DNA of 64,000 nucleotides from a virus. Where the stretch lies: IMG/VR virus record IMGVR_UViG_3300020045_004291, positions 1 to 64,000 of that record, one strand, 5' to 3'. The translations under genes and the position numbers were made by a program. Shown here one piece after another: positions 25,703 to 34,628 of this stretch (positions are counted from its first letter, which is position 1; each line of letters starts with the position of its first letter). Below the pieces are notes generated by a model. That model was not told the origin of the DNA and ran no database searches. It worked only from the letters and a program-made list of their open reading frames with translations.

Positions 25703-26084
25703 CACAGCAACAAATTGACCGCTTATGGCGTGAAAATCAGCGCTTGCAAGAGATTATCTCGGCGCAGGAAATCACCATTGCCAACTATGAAAAGTGGTTG
25801 CAGGAGATGAAGGAGCAAAACCAATGCACCCATTTGTCATAATTGGCGCAATCATTGCCGCCGTCTTTATTGTCGGCATATTCATCGCGTACGTAGTTTT
25901 AGAGGATCAAGATTATTATGACCCAAGATGAATACTTTGAACGCGAGGCCACTAAGGCCCCCAAACCGTCCACCAAGGTCTTGGTAGACCGTGAGGATTT
26001 GGCCTTGCTGATCGACGCTGCATCCGCAACCTGTGCCATAGAGTTCATTCAGGACATGCGCGCCAAGCTTAACGGGGGTGCGGA

Positions 26085-26606
26085 ATGACCAAGATCACAC
26101 AGGAACAGGCGCTAACCGATAACTTTGACGGTGACAACGCGCACCTGATTAGAAGCATTGAAGCGCTGATAGCGCTCAACGATAAGGGCGCACTAGCACC
26201 CCATGGCATCGGCGGTCATGCCCGCGCCTTGCTGTCCTCCGCTGCCGTTCGCCTCACCCAACAAGCCCCCGTGAGCGGTTTGGAGTGGGTTGGAACTGAT
26301 GGAAATAACCTTGCATTAAACGGACGCGTTATCGCCGGCATTGACTACAGCAAACACAACGGCGGATGGTACATCATGCTGTGGTGCGACGCTTTAGCCC
26401 AAGATGTAAAAGGCTTTGGCTACAATCCTGACCTTGCGTCGGCAAAGTCCACCCTCGAAACCGCCGCTCGCGAATGGCTCAAGATGCCAGCCCCCGCACC
26501 CATGCCGAGCCGTCACGACATCGAAATGGCAATCCTCGGTAGGACAGCACCTAAAGCCGCTGAAGCCGTGCTTGACCTCATTCGCAAGACACAGGAGCGG
26601 GGATGA
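26085..26606 (+). CDS. Hypothetical protein
   Basis: 173 aa in a chain of coupled ORFs. Confidence 0.6.
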   Translation: MTKITQEQALTDNFDGDNAHLIRSIEALIALNDKGALAPHGIGGHARALLSSAAVRLTQQAPVSGLEWVGTDGNNLALNGRVIAGIDYSKHNGGWYIMLWCDALAQDVKGFGYNPDLASAKSTLETAAREWLKMPAPAPMPSRHDIEMAILGRTAPKAAEAVLDLIRKTQERG

Positions 26607-26754
26607 TGGACATTGAAGAGGCGCGTTTGCACCAATCAATGAAGACTATTCGTAAGGTTTGGCCTTTAGCTGTAACTGAACTGGAAAAGACAGCACTTCA
26701 AACCATGTTTGAACGTCTTTTGAAAAAGCTTGAAAACTATAAAGGATCAACCCA

Positions 26755-27285
26755 ATGACCGATAAAACACCCGCCTTAGAGGCGCTTAAAGCATGTCCCT
26801 TTTGCGGCGGCGAGGCTAAAAAAGAGATGATGTTTCGGACGTTTGATCAGTCTGAGTTCTCGCATAGCGCAGAAAAAACGGCAACCGTCGTGGACGAAAT
26901 GTTTGGGTGTCGTGATTGTGGTGTGTTGCGCTGGTCTCCTGACAGTTGGAACACCCGCGCCGCCCTGCAACCCGTAAGCGCGGAGCCGGTGGCTTGGTTG
27001 TGGAAAGGTGGCACGGGACAAGTGCACACCACCACAGCAGCACGCTACGCCGACGACATTCGAGGTTATGGAGTCAGTGTCCAACCCCTCTACGCCTCAC
27101 CACCAGACCAGAGCGCCCGCATCAGGGAGTTGGAGGCGGCGCTCGTGGAGGCTGCGGTGCCTCTTGAGGCAATAAGGCTTGTCGGTCAAATCCCCATGGG
27201 TATGTCAAATGAAATGTGGGCTGGCGTTATGAACGCAACAAACGCCACGCGTAAATCCCTCAACAAAGAAAGTGACCCGTCATGA
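26755..27285 (+). CDS. Lar (restriction alleviation)-like Zn-finger protein
   Basis: LKACPFCGGEA...CRDCG...WNTRA motif. Confidence 0.65.
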   Translation: MTDKTPALEALKACPFCGGEAKKEMMFRTFDQSEFSHSAEKTATVVDEMFGCRDCGVLRWSPDSWNTRAALQPVSAEPVAWLWKGGTGQVHTTTAARYADDIRGYGVSVQPLYASPPDQSARIRELEAALVEAAVPLEAIRLVGQIPMGMSNEMWAGVMNATNATRKSLNKESDPS

Positions 27286-27593
27286 CCACTGCCCCGTTTA
27301 ACAAACTGACGCCAGCCGAGGCAGAACGCCTAGCCATGCTTATCGAAGAGTGTGGTGAGGTCATTCAGGCCGCAACTAAAATCCTCAGGCATGGATACGA
27401 TTCAAAGCATCCAGATAATGAGGGATGCGGGCCGGACAATCGCGATGACCTGTTTCGTGAAATTGTCGATTTAACAGCGGTCGAAGAACTCATGCACCTA
27501 GCCGGTGACATTCCACCAATGACTCGCAACAAAGCCGACGCCGCAATCAGGCGCAAACTTCAATATGCCCACCACCAGAGGCAAGACCAATGA
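27282..27593 (+). CDS. MazG-like nucleotide pyrophosphohydrolase
   Basis: LIEECGEVIQAATKILR...EIVD motif. Confidence 0.65.
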   Translation: MTTAPFNKLTPAEAERLAMLIEECGEVIQAATKILRHGYDSKHPDNEGCGPDNRDDLFREIVDLTAVEELMHLAGDIPPMTRNKADAAIRRKLQYAHHQRQDQ

Positions 27594-28015
27594 CCACAGT
27601 AACAGAGGCGCTGGAATCCGTCCTTTTATTGATAGAGGGAGACTTCCGTCACAAATTTGCACCAAGGCTTAAAAATGGGAAGTTGTGCACCATTGTCCTT
27701 GAAGACTACATCAACGAGACCGAGGCGAGAATTTCAGAGTTGGTGGAACAAAATGACAGCCTAAAGCGGAGGCTATCTATGGCGTGGGAAAGGGGTGAAT
27801 TTGCTTTATTGACTGAGCGCGACGCCCTCCGAGCGCTACTCAAAGAGGCGGGTGAGGCTTTGGCACCATTGGCGCAACAAATAACAAATCTTGGCGATTG
27901 TGTAGAGGGCTGCATGCGGGTTCAGGATGACGTTACTATAAAAATGCTAACGTCATCAACTTCAATTCGCAAAGCCGCCGCCATTGCAGACAAGATTAAG
28001 GAACAACTCAAATGA
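27590..28015 (+). CDS. Hypothetical coiled-coil protein
   Basis: 141 aa, coupled. Confidence 0.55.
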   Translation: MTTVTEALESVLLLIEGDFRHKFAPRLKNGKLCTIVLEDYINETEARISELVEQNDSLKRRLSMAWERGEFALLTERDALRALLKEAGEALAPLAQQITNLGDCVEGCMRVQDDVTIKMLTSSTSIRKAAAIADKIKEQLK

Positions 28016-28242
28016 TCAATTTCATTAAACGCCTGTTTGGCAAAAGGGTGCCGGTCGTGGCGGAAAAAACCGCCGAGCAGAAGCTTAAGGACTTTATAGC
28101 CTTATACAACGACCCCATAGCCGACACCCTCAAAGACAAGATCGCCCAGGCCAAGCGCAACAAAAAGCGCTATAGTCACCTTGAGGCACAACTGCGCGAC
28201 CACATGACAGCAAAACTCTTAAAAGCGGATGGATTCAAATGA
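28012..28242 (+). CDS. Hypothetical protein
   Basis: 76 aa, coupled. Confidence 0.55.
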   Translation: MINFIKRLFGKRVPVVAEKTAEQKLKDFIALYNDPIADTLKDKIAQAKRNKKRYSHLEAQLRDHMTAKLLKADGFK

Positions 28243-28361
28243 TTGATAATATAATACACATAAGCAGAGCTGTTATTGCAATGGGCTTCGCAGCGTTAAT
28301 TGTTGGCTTTGCCATTTTCATTTCGATTATTGCGTTTAGCTTTTTGCGTGAGTTTTTCCGC

Positions 28362-28390
28362 TTGTAGCGACATTAAATTCGATGTAGTCT
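28362..28390 (+). promoter_or_regulatory. Putative sigma70-type promoter
   Basis: TTGTAG-N17-TAGTCT upstream of the small ORF and the structured region. Confidence 0.4.
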
Positions 28391-28402
28391 TGTGTATTGT
28401 TT

Positions 28403-28543
28403 ATGTGTTTCGTTTATCTAGACCAACTTAATAGGTGGTTTATCAGATGGACGATTTGGATGAGGGCGGCGCTTGTCGTTCCAATGATCTTCGCCGCTCT
28501 CATTATCTTATTTGCGTTTCGGCTGGACTTTCACCCATGGTAG
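28403..28543 (+). CDS. Possible 46 aa membrane peptide
   Basis: MCFVYLDQLNRWFIRWTIWMRAALVVPMIFAALIILFAFRLDFHPW; no clear RBS. Confidence 0.3.
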   Translation: MCFVYLDQLNRWFIRWTIWMRAALVVPMIFAALIILFAFRLDFHPW

Positions 28544-28569
28544 CTTACATGGCACGTCATAATGATCGT

Positions 28570-28912
28570 ATCGCCCCGCCCCAGCCAATGGGTTCCTAAA
28601 GGCGGGAATTAGACAAAGCCGTCTGCCGGACGTAAAGCGGCTAAGTTTCGCGCTTCGGCGCACATAAGTTTAGCTAGCGACCACCCCAGTCCGAAAATGG
28701 GGCCGCCAACGTAATCAGGGATTATGGGGCGCTGGCTAATAAGTTTGATCTGCGGTGCAAAACTTCCCCTGCGCCTGTCTTTCGCCAGGATTAACACAGA
28801 GGATGAACCTAAGCGTAATGGCGAGGTTTCGCAGATCAAAACCAATCCCGCAAGGGTAGAGGGGCGACCTTCCGAAAGACCTCAGCCGTTTCCCTCCGGC
28901 TGGGGTTTTTTG
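28570..28912 (+). ncRNA. Candidate large structured non-coding RNA
   Basis: Long-range helices at 28670-79/28730-39 and 28744-54/28830-40, C(UUCG)G and GCAA tetraloop hairpins, ending in an intrinsic terminator. Confidence 0.55.
28880..28912 (+). terminator. Intrinsic terminator
   Basis: CCTCAGCCG-N8-CGGCTGGGG-TTTTTT. Confidence 0.75.
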
Positions 28913-28975
28913 TGTCTTAAACCATATATTTAGATTTCTGATCTATTGTGGTTCTCATAGAAGAGGGAAAATTCT

Positions 28976-29569
28976 ATGAGATATCCAAACGCCGTTGGTG
29001 CAATCAACATCATTAATGTCAGCCTGTTAATCGCCCTGGGGATCGCCGTCACGGCACCAACTGTGCAGCCTGACCAGTTTGTTACCTATGCCCCGCCGCC
29101 CGCCTTGGAGGTCGTATGGCCCACGCGTGAATTGATCGTGTATCCAGAGGTTGCCACCGTTTCAGGCGTTGACCTAATTAAACGCTTTGAAGGGCTGCGC
29201 TTGAAAGCGTATAAGTGCACGGCAAAACGCTGGACTATTGGTTATGGCCGCGCATATGGCGTCAAATCCGGTCAGGTGATCACACAGGCCGAAGCTGACC
29301 GCATGTTGTCGGTTGACTACGCCAAAACAAAAAGCGCCGTCCTGAGTGCTGTAAAGGCCGATATCAGCGATCAACAAATAGAGGTATTGGTGTCGTTCGC
29401 GTATAACGTGGGGATTACGCGGTTCAAAGAATCCACTATGTTAAAAATGATCAATGCCGGTGACATGCGCGGCGCTCGCGATCAGTTCAGGTTCTGGATT
29501 CACGTTGACGGCCAGCCTATCGACGGCCTGATTAACCGCCGTGCAGAAGAGGCGGCGTTGTTTATTTAG
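28976..29569 (+). CDS. GH24 lysozyme with N-terminal transmembrane/signal segment and Pro-rich linker
   Basis: LIKRFEGLRLKAYKC....WTIGYG, LVSFAYNVG and GLINRR motifs. Confidence 0.85.
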   Translation: MRYPNAVGAINIINVSLLIALGIAVTAPTVQPDQFVTYAPPPALEVVWPTRELIVYPEVATVSGVDLIKRFEGLRLKAYKCTAKRWTIGYGRAYGVKSGQVITQAEADRMLSVDYAKTKSAVLSAVKADISDQQIEVLVSFAYNVGITRFKESTMLKMINAGDMRGARDQFRFWIHVDGQPIDGLINRRAEEAALFI

Positions 29570-29756
29570 CCAGTCCGAAAAATGTCTTTATCTGGGCTGC
29601 AAATATGCCGAACAGAACGCCAATGGTAGCCGCTCCACCAAGCACGAATTTTTGCCACGATACCAGATCGTCAATCTTCTTCTGGTGTGTCGCTTGCCAC
29701 GCCTTTAAATCGTCGACATCTTTTTTTAACAGCGCAATCTGCGTTTCCGGCGTCAC
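29562..29756 (-). CDS. Small coiled-coil plus transmembrane protein (XhlA/holin-like)
   Basis: 64 aa, C-terminal TM helix, last gene of the lysis cluster. Confidence 0.55.
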   Translation of the reverse strand: MTPETQIALLKKDVDDLKAWQATHQKKIDDLVSWQKFVLGGAATIGVLFGIFAAQIKTFFGLAK

Positions 29757-30226
29757 TTCCGCCCCACTTTATGACGAGCCGCCACCCTATTATCAGGCAG
29801 GTTATGCAGATAAATATTACCAATATCTGCAATCACGATACCCAACCCCCAAACCATACTCGTTACAATTAGCGCCATAGTCAGGCCGTTGAGGCCCGCA
29901 TAATAGCCGTAATGGCTTTCAGGCCGCATAAGCGCCGTCACAAGGTGCAGGGACAACATTCCGATATAAGCGCCCATGATCGGCCACCTAAGGTTTTTCG
30001 TGCGCTGCCCACGCCTTGCCACCAGCACGCATAATATCATACCGATGACATCTGCAATAGCATAAGTTGCTAATTGGCGCGGCAAAGGTATAAATTGCGA
30101 TATGGCCTCACCAATTGCAAAGCCACCGACAAGCAACAATGAAAGCTTTTGTAGGGCGCGCGACGATCCCGCCCAAGCTATGAGCGCATTGGTGATTAGG
30201 GCGACGACCATGGCAACCGCTATCAA
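29753..30226 (-). CDS. Multi-pass membrane protein
   Basis: About 5 hydrophobic segments; coupled within the lysis cluster. Confidence 0.6.
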   Translation of the reverse strand: MIAVAMVVALITNALIAWAGSSRALQKLSLLLVGGFAIGEAISQFIPLPRQLATYAIADVIGMILCVLVARRGQRTKNLRWPIMGAYIGMLSLHLVTALMRPESHYGYYAGLNGLTMALIVTSMVWGLGIVIADIGNIYLHNLPDNRVAARHKVGRK

Positions 30227-30501
30227 GGCTGTGTTTCCTCTTCGTCGTCCTTATTGGTGGTGTTGTTTGAGAATGCGACAACGCCATCACCGGATTCGTC
30301 TGCATAATCGATACCAAGCTTTTTAGCCGCTACGTGCAAGGCTTTGTGATGCCGACGCATGGCACGAACGACATTCTTAGCCGCCGATGTGTCGTCGGAT
30401 TCCGCCAGAAGTTCGTCAAGATAGATTTCCAGCACTGAGAGCGTCTCAGCGACCGGCTGGGCCTCTTTGGCGATAAAGGTTGATAGTTTCATTACATCCA
30501 T
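30223..30501 (-). CDS. Hypothetical protein
   Basis: 92 aa within the lysis cluster. Confidence 0.55.
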   Translation of the reverse strand: MDVMKLSTFIAKEAQPVAETLSVLEIYLDELLAESDDTSAAKNVVRAMRRHHKALHVAAKKLGIDYADESGDGVVAFSNNTTNKDDEEETQP

Positions 30502-30517
30502 CCTTCAATATTACAGG

Positions 30518-30838
30518 TCAAGGCTTAGCTCCATTGGATAAATCGATTAAATCAACAAGGCCCTTGCGCTTCTCGTTGCATTCTATCAAAGCCGCCTCTT
30601 GATTGACAGAGGTTACAGCCATATTTTGCACCGCTGAAAACACTTCGTCCAATGAGGGATTTTCACTCAGGCGCGAAGGCAGATCAGGCCCAGTGCAAGC
30701 CGTCCTGAAATTGGCGGGAACGAATATCAGCGTCTTAGGGCTGGGTTGGGGTTTCCCCGCGCAACTCGTCAAGGCCAGCAAGCCAAGCGTTATAAGTGAC
30801 GCCAATATCTTCGCATTTAGACGGGACGGGGATTTCAT
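30518..30838 (-). CDS. Outer-membrane spanin (Rz1-like lipoprotein)
   Basis: Lipobox LALTSC, Pro-rich, overlaps the 3' end of the i-spanin gene. Confidence 0.7.
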   Translation of the reverse strand: MKSPSRLNAKILASLITLGLLALTSCAGKPQPSPKTLIFVPANFRTACTGPDLPSRLSENPSLDEVFSAVQNMAVTSVNQEAALIECNEKRKGLVDLIDLSNGAKP

Positions 30839-31085
30839 GAGTGATCACCTTGGCTTTTTCGCGGACGACTTTCACGCGGTCGATATATTTGGTGTCAATG
30901 ACGATTGAAGCTTGCGCATTTATCAGCGATGTCTTAGCGGACGCCAGTTCACCCCCAAGGCGGGCTATATCTGCCTTCTGAGCGGCAATAACCTTTTCCT
31001 TGGCGTCAAGCTTCATATTGACGATAATGACGGTGCCAGCCAGCGTAAAGGCCGCAAGGGCTATAGCGAATGTTTCCAGCTTCAT
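30735..31085 (-). CDS. Inner-membrane spanin (Rz-like)
   Basis: N-terminal TM helix plus coiled coil, directly after the endolysin. Confidence 0.7.
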   Translation of the reverse strand: MKLETFAIALAAFTLAGTVIIVNMKLDAKEKVIAAQKADIARLGGELASAKTSLINAQASIVIDTKYIDRVKVVREKAKVITHEIPVPSKCEDIGVTYNAWLAGLDELRGETPTQP

Positions 31086-31561
31086 GAGACACCTTTCAGG
31101 CAAAGGTTACGCTCTGCGTTACGTCTGTTTAACAGGCCTTGCACGGGCTTTCCACCGGCAAAGCGCCACGCTAAGAACGCATCGCACCCGCCCTTGATGT
31201 CGCCAGCGTCAAACCTACGATCGACAGTCGATTTGCAATAGGCTTGCGTGCCGATGTTATAGGCTAGAGAAGTGGCTGCGGCTAAAACTTCGGGCTTGGA
31301 TGCAATGGACGGCGTACACGCCATAACGGGTTTCATGTAGCGTTCACTGACGGCCTTTTTCAGCATGGCCTCGCACTCAGCGTCGGTATAATGGCGCATT
31401 TCGACTTGCGTTTCACCAAAGCACACAGTTTTTACATTGACGATATCAAAATATGGGTCGTTAATTTTCCCTTCCCACGGCATAATGACGCCAAGCGCAA
31501 GCGCCATTGCAGATCCGCCAATGAGTGCGGTTTGTGCCTTTGGTGGTATATTAAGCCGCAT
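31082..31561 (-). CDS. SAR-type GH24 endolysin
   Basis: Gly/Ala-rich N-terminal anchor; WEG....PYFDIV...TVCFGET; YNIG; GLLNRR motifs. Confidence 0.85.
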   Translation of the reverse strand: MRLNIPPKAQTALIGGSAMALALGVIMPWEGKINDPYFDIVNVKTVCFGETQVEMRHYTDAECEAMLKKAVSERYMKPVMACTPSIASKPEVLAAATSLAYNIGTQAYCKSTVDRRFDAGDIKGGCDAFLAWRFAGGKPVQGLLNRRNAERNLCLKGVS

Positions 31562-31841
31562 CCTTAACCCTCACCGTGCGAATGTTTTTCTGTGTCAGGT
31601 TTGCCGCCAGGGTAGACAGCACCATAAGCGCAATCGCAACGCAGATGACCGGCATAACCAGAGCCTCAGACATGCGGTTAAACGTGTAGAGGATACCCCA
31701 CACACCAGACCACAGCGTATTGGCGATGTTAATTAAAACTGACCAACGAGTGATTGTGAGCCGCCAACCTGTTACCAAGTCCACCCAAAACGGGGGCTTT
31801 GGCAACGCGGTCAAGGTCGGGCGTGTGTATGGGGCTTTCAT
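31551..31841 (-). CDS. Putative holin
   Basis: Two TM segments, directly upstream of the endolysin. Confidence 0.55.
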   Translation of the reverse strand: MKAPYTRPTLTALPKPPFWVDLVTGWRLTITRWSVLINIANTLWSGVWGILYTFNRMSEALVMPVICVAIALMVLSTLAANLTQKNIRTVRVKDAA

Positions 31842-31842
31842 G

Positions 31843-34401
31843 TTAAGGATAGGCCGCCGTTGGAAGTGCCCAAAGGTCAGCATATTCCATCATCACAGCG
31901 GGCAAGAGTCCAGTAGCCTGGTTGTGCTGCATGTACCAACGCACATTTCCTGTACTATAGAAGTGGTTGTGATCTAGGTTAAATTCGCTGATTTGACGCG
32001 GAAGGGGATGCTTGACTGGCGAACCCCATGCCGCACCGGTCAGACCATCTGCGCTGGTATAACTGACAAGATCGCCCGGTGTATTTACGTAGTTAACCGA
32101 GTTTGACGTGTAGCCAGTCCCGAAGATTATCTCCACGGCCCCCGAAGGAGTAGAATAGATAGTCGGACGCGAGTAGTCAGGGAACGCTGTGACTGGGGTG
32201 CGCGTCAGGTTTGACACCTGAGTTGTGGTGGTAACACCGGCGGACGTGACCGAGATGTGATGAAGCTGGGTATTTCCAGTTAAATCATCCTGCATGAACG
32301 CCACGTGAAGTGTTCCTGAACTATCCAAGAAAGATGAGTTCTGGTTCATATTCCGTGCGTTGGTAGTAAGCAGCAGGTCTTCATCCGCAAGGACGATAGG
32401 CAATGGATACACAGCCCCGCTACGCTTAACCCACTGGTTAGACGCTTTGAGGTACTTGGCATAATAAACGTTCGAGTTGGTGCTCCCCCCAGTCCGGTTT
32501 GTCCACGTCATGTAGATATTACCCGACGCATCGAATGACAGGGTGTTGATATACGGCCCGGATGCCCCGGAAATTGTTGTCGCAATACCGCCTAGACGCG
32601 ACCATGTAGACGTTGCCTCGTCATAGACATTCATATGCACGGTGCCATTGCCCGATACACCGTCTCTGTACACAAACAAAAGTTGGCCGGTATCAGGAAA
32701 ATTGTAGAACTGTGGATATGTGACCTGTGTCTCATTAACACCTGTCATGGTGTTAATGGGGGTCATCACGCTAGTATCATAGGCTAATGAACTCTTAGAG
32801 TAGACCATGGGCGCGCCGTGCATGTTGTTACACACATGGACAAAACCGTTACGATCTACGCCAAGTGATACCACGTTGTGCGCGTCATCGCCGGCTTGGG
32901 TGCGGGTAAGAAGCGTCTTGCGCCACGTTACGCCCCCATCCTGCGAACGAACAATCGCCTGCTTGCGGTCATGTTGCCACACACCGGCGTACATATTGCC
33001 GGAAGCTTCACGGAACGGTGTCGCGTATATGTTACTTTGCAGAGCGTTCCCGCCATGCTCGATAAGGGTAACGTTTGACGGATACTGCGACTGCATAGAG
33101 GAGGGTGGTGTGGTCTTGTATGGATGACCCGCCGCTAAAACGCTCTGGATATTGTATTTGAAGGCTATAATACCCTCTATGATCTGTCTAAGCGAGTCGC
33201 TTAGAGCAGAAGGGAATACAAGGATCATAGCGATCCCACCATTGATGTATTGGCCTGCACCACGGCCCGCCTCGCAGATGCGGAAAGGCAGGGCGGCCTT
33301 ATTAAGGGTGCCAGTGATCGTAGTGGGGGTACCGGCTACACCGTTTTTATATACAGTGATGGCTGACGCCGAGCATGTTGTAGATAGGATGGCAACCTCA
33401 CCGCTTATTAGATTGGATGCGGCTGAGGCCGCAAAGGCTGTACCAGCGTCGTTAAATGCGGCGGCCCCCGGTATTGCAGATGCGTTAATGTTTATCATCT
33501 GGTTACCACGGGATGCCAGACCTGTAGCGTCCTGAGAGACAAACACCCCCTGCACCGATCCGGTTGCGGGCACCCTATACACTGTGAAGGCTGTCCATTC
33601 TCCCGTACTGGCGCTGCATAGCTGTGCAGAAGCGGCTGTGGCCATAAAGGATGGCGATGCACTCCAAAGATATTTGTAACCGTTCAGTGTGTTTACGTTA
33701 ACAACTGGTCGGTTAGCATCTGTGGCTTGCGTAATGTCATAAGCACTATTTGACTTATCAATCGCAGCGCTGATTTTACCAGAAGTTTCGGTCACCCACT
33801 CAGTTGTACCGAAATCCAAATCAAGTGAGGGCAAGCCAACCCGCGAATAAATCGGTGCATAGGTTGTAATGGTTGTCAGTGCCGCAACAACCGCAGAAGT
33901 TGCCGCGCTAGACGCAGAGTTTGATCCGATTAAGTTAATTGCGGCAACGTTACACGTTAAGGTGTGTCCAATATCGCCAGTCACAGGCACATAAGTTGCT
34001 GATGTAGCGCCTGAAATTGGCGTTACGACATCAAACCAGAACCATTGGTAGGTGTATGATGTTGGAGAATTTGTCCACGTTCCATTTGTTGTTGTCAGGG
34101 TTGATCCAACCGTTGCGGAACCAGACACCACAGGAGCAACTGTGTTTACAGGAGCGCCCGCAATGCTTGATTGACCATAAAGCGCCAAGCTCTCAAACTC
34201 GACCACAGCCTCACAGGTGATGGCCGCACCGATATCACCAGAGACAAGCGTGTAGGTGACGCTCGTTTCACCGCTGATGTCCACGCCGTCCCGTTGCCAT
34301 TGATAGGTTGGCGTAGGAGCTCCCGGCCATGCAATGACCGTTGCCCGCAGAACGGAGCCGACCGTGTTATTACCTGTGACGACTACGCGAGTCCGTGCCA
34401 T
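31843..34401 (-). CDS. Receptor-binding/tail protein: two Ig-like domains, LamG/ConA-like domain and BNR_4-like beta-propeller
   Basis: Two TYQW...ISG.TS.TY....GDIG..TC repeats; SQDGGVTW Asp-box; DDAHN.VSLGVD..G.VH motif. Confidence 0.65.
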   Translation of the reverse strand: MARTRVVVTGNNTVGSVLRATVIAWPGAPTPTYQWQRDGVDISGETSVTYTLVSGDIGAAITCEAVVEFESLALYGQSSIAGAPVNTVAPVVSGSATVGSTLTTTNGTWTNSPTSYTYQWFWFDVVTPISGATSATYVPVTGDIGHTLTCNVAAINLIGSNSASSAATSAVVAALTTITTYAPIYSRVGLPSLDLDFGTTEWVTETSGKISAAIDKSNSAYDITQATDANRPVVNVNTLNGYKYLWSASPSFMATAASAQLCSASTGEWTAFTVYRVPATGSVQGVFVSQDATGLASRGNQMININASAIPGAAAFNDAGTAFAASAASNLISGEVAILSTTCSASAITVYKNGVAGTPTTITGTLNKAALPFRICEAGRGAGQYINGGIAMILVFPSALSDSLRQIIEGIIAFKYNIQSVLAAGHPYKTTPPSSMQSQYPSNVTLIEHGGNALQSNIYATPFREASGNMYAGVWQHDRKQAIVRSQDGGVTWRKTLLTRTQAGDDAHNVVSLGVDRNGFVHVCNNMHGAPMVYSKSSLAYDTSVMTPINTMTGVNETQVTYPQFYNFPDTGQLLFVYRDGVSGNGTVHMNVYDEATSTWSRLGGIATTISGASGPYINTLSFDASGNIYMTWTNRTGGSTNSNVYYAKYLKASNQWVKRSGAVYPLPIVLADEDLLLTTNARNMNQNSSFLDSSGTLHVAFMQDDLTGNTQLHHISVTSAGVTTTTQVSNLTRTPVTAFPDYSRPTIYSTPSGAVEIIFGTGYTSNSVNYVNTPGDLVSYTSADGLTGAAWGSPVKHPLPRQISEFNLDHNHFYSTGNVRWYMQHNQATGLLPAVMMEYADLWALPTAAYP

Positions 34402-34451
34402 GTTTTAAGCCCTATGTGTAATCGTTGTTTACTACGTTTTTTTAGTTGTGA

Positions 34452-34628
34452 CTAGGTTGCAATCTGGTTGATTTCAGCGACCCTTAGAATCGACTGCTTG
34501 TTAAAAGACCAAATCTCATTATCGGTCAAATCCCACTGAGCAGCGGTTTTAGCTTCGCCGTTTATCTCAATTTGATTTTCCGAAATCAGAATAATGGTTT
34601 GCCCATTATTTACATGTAAATTTATCAT
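34452..34628 (-). CDS. Small protein (58 aa) coupled to the tailspike, possible chaperone
   Basis: Translated by hand (MINLHVNNGQTIILISEN...); ATGA overlap with the tailspike stop. Confidence 0.5.
   Translation of the reverse strand: MINLHVNNGQTIILISENQIEINGEAKTAAQWDLTDNEIWSFNKQSILRVAEINQIAT

Noticed and set aside
28609-28933. 78 aa and 69 aa ORFs over the structured region
   Set aside because: No RBS or recognisable motifs, and one runs through a terminator; an RNA structure explains the region better.
28687-29581. 12-mer CCAGTCCGAAAA shared by an RNA loop (28687) and the end of the lysis operon (29570)
   Set aside because: Could suggest antisense pairing, but a single 12-mer is too weak to separate from chance.
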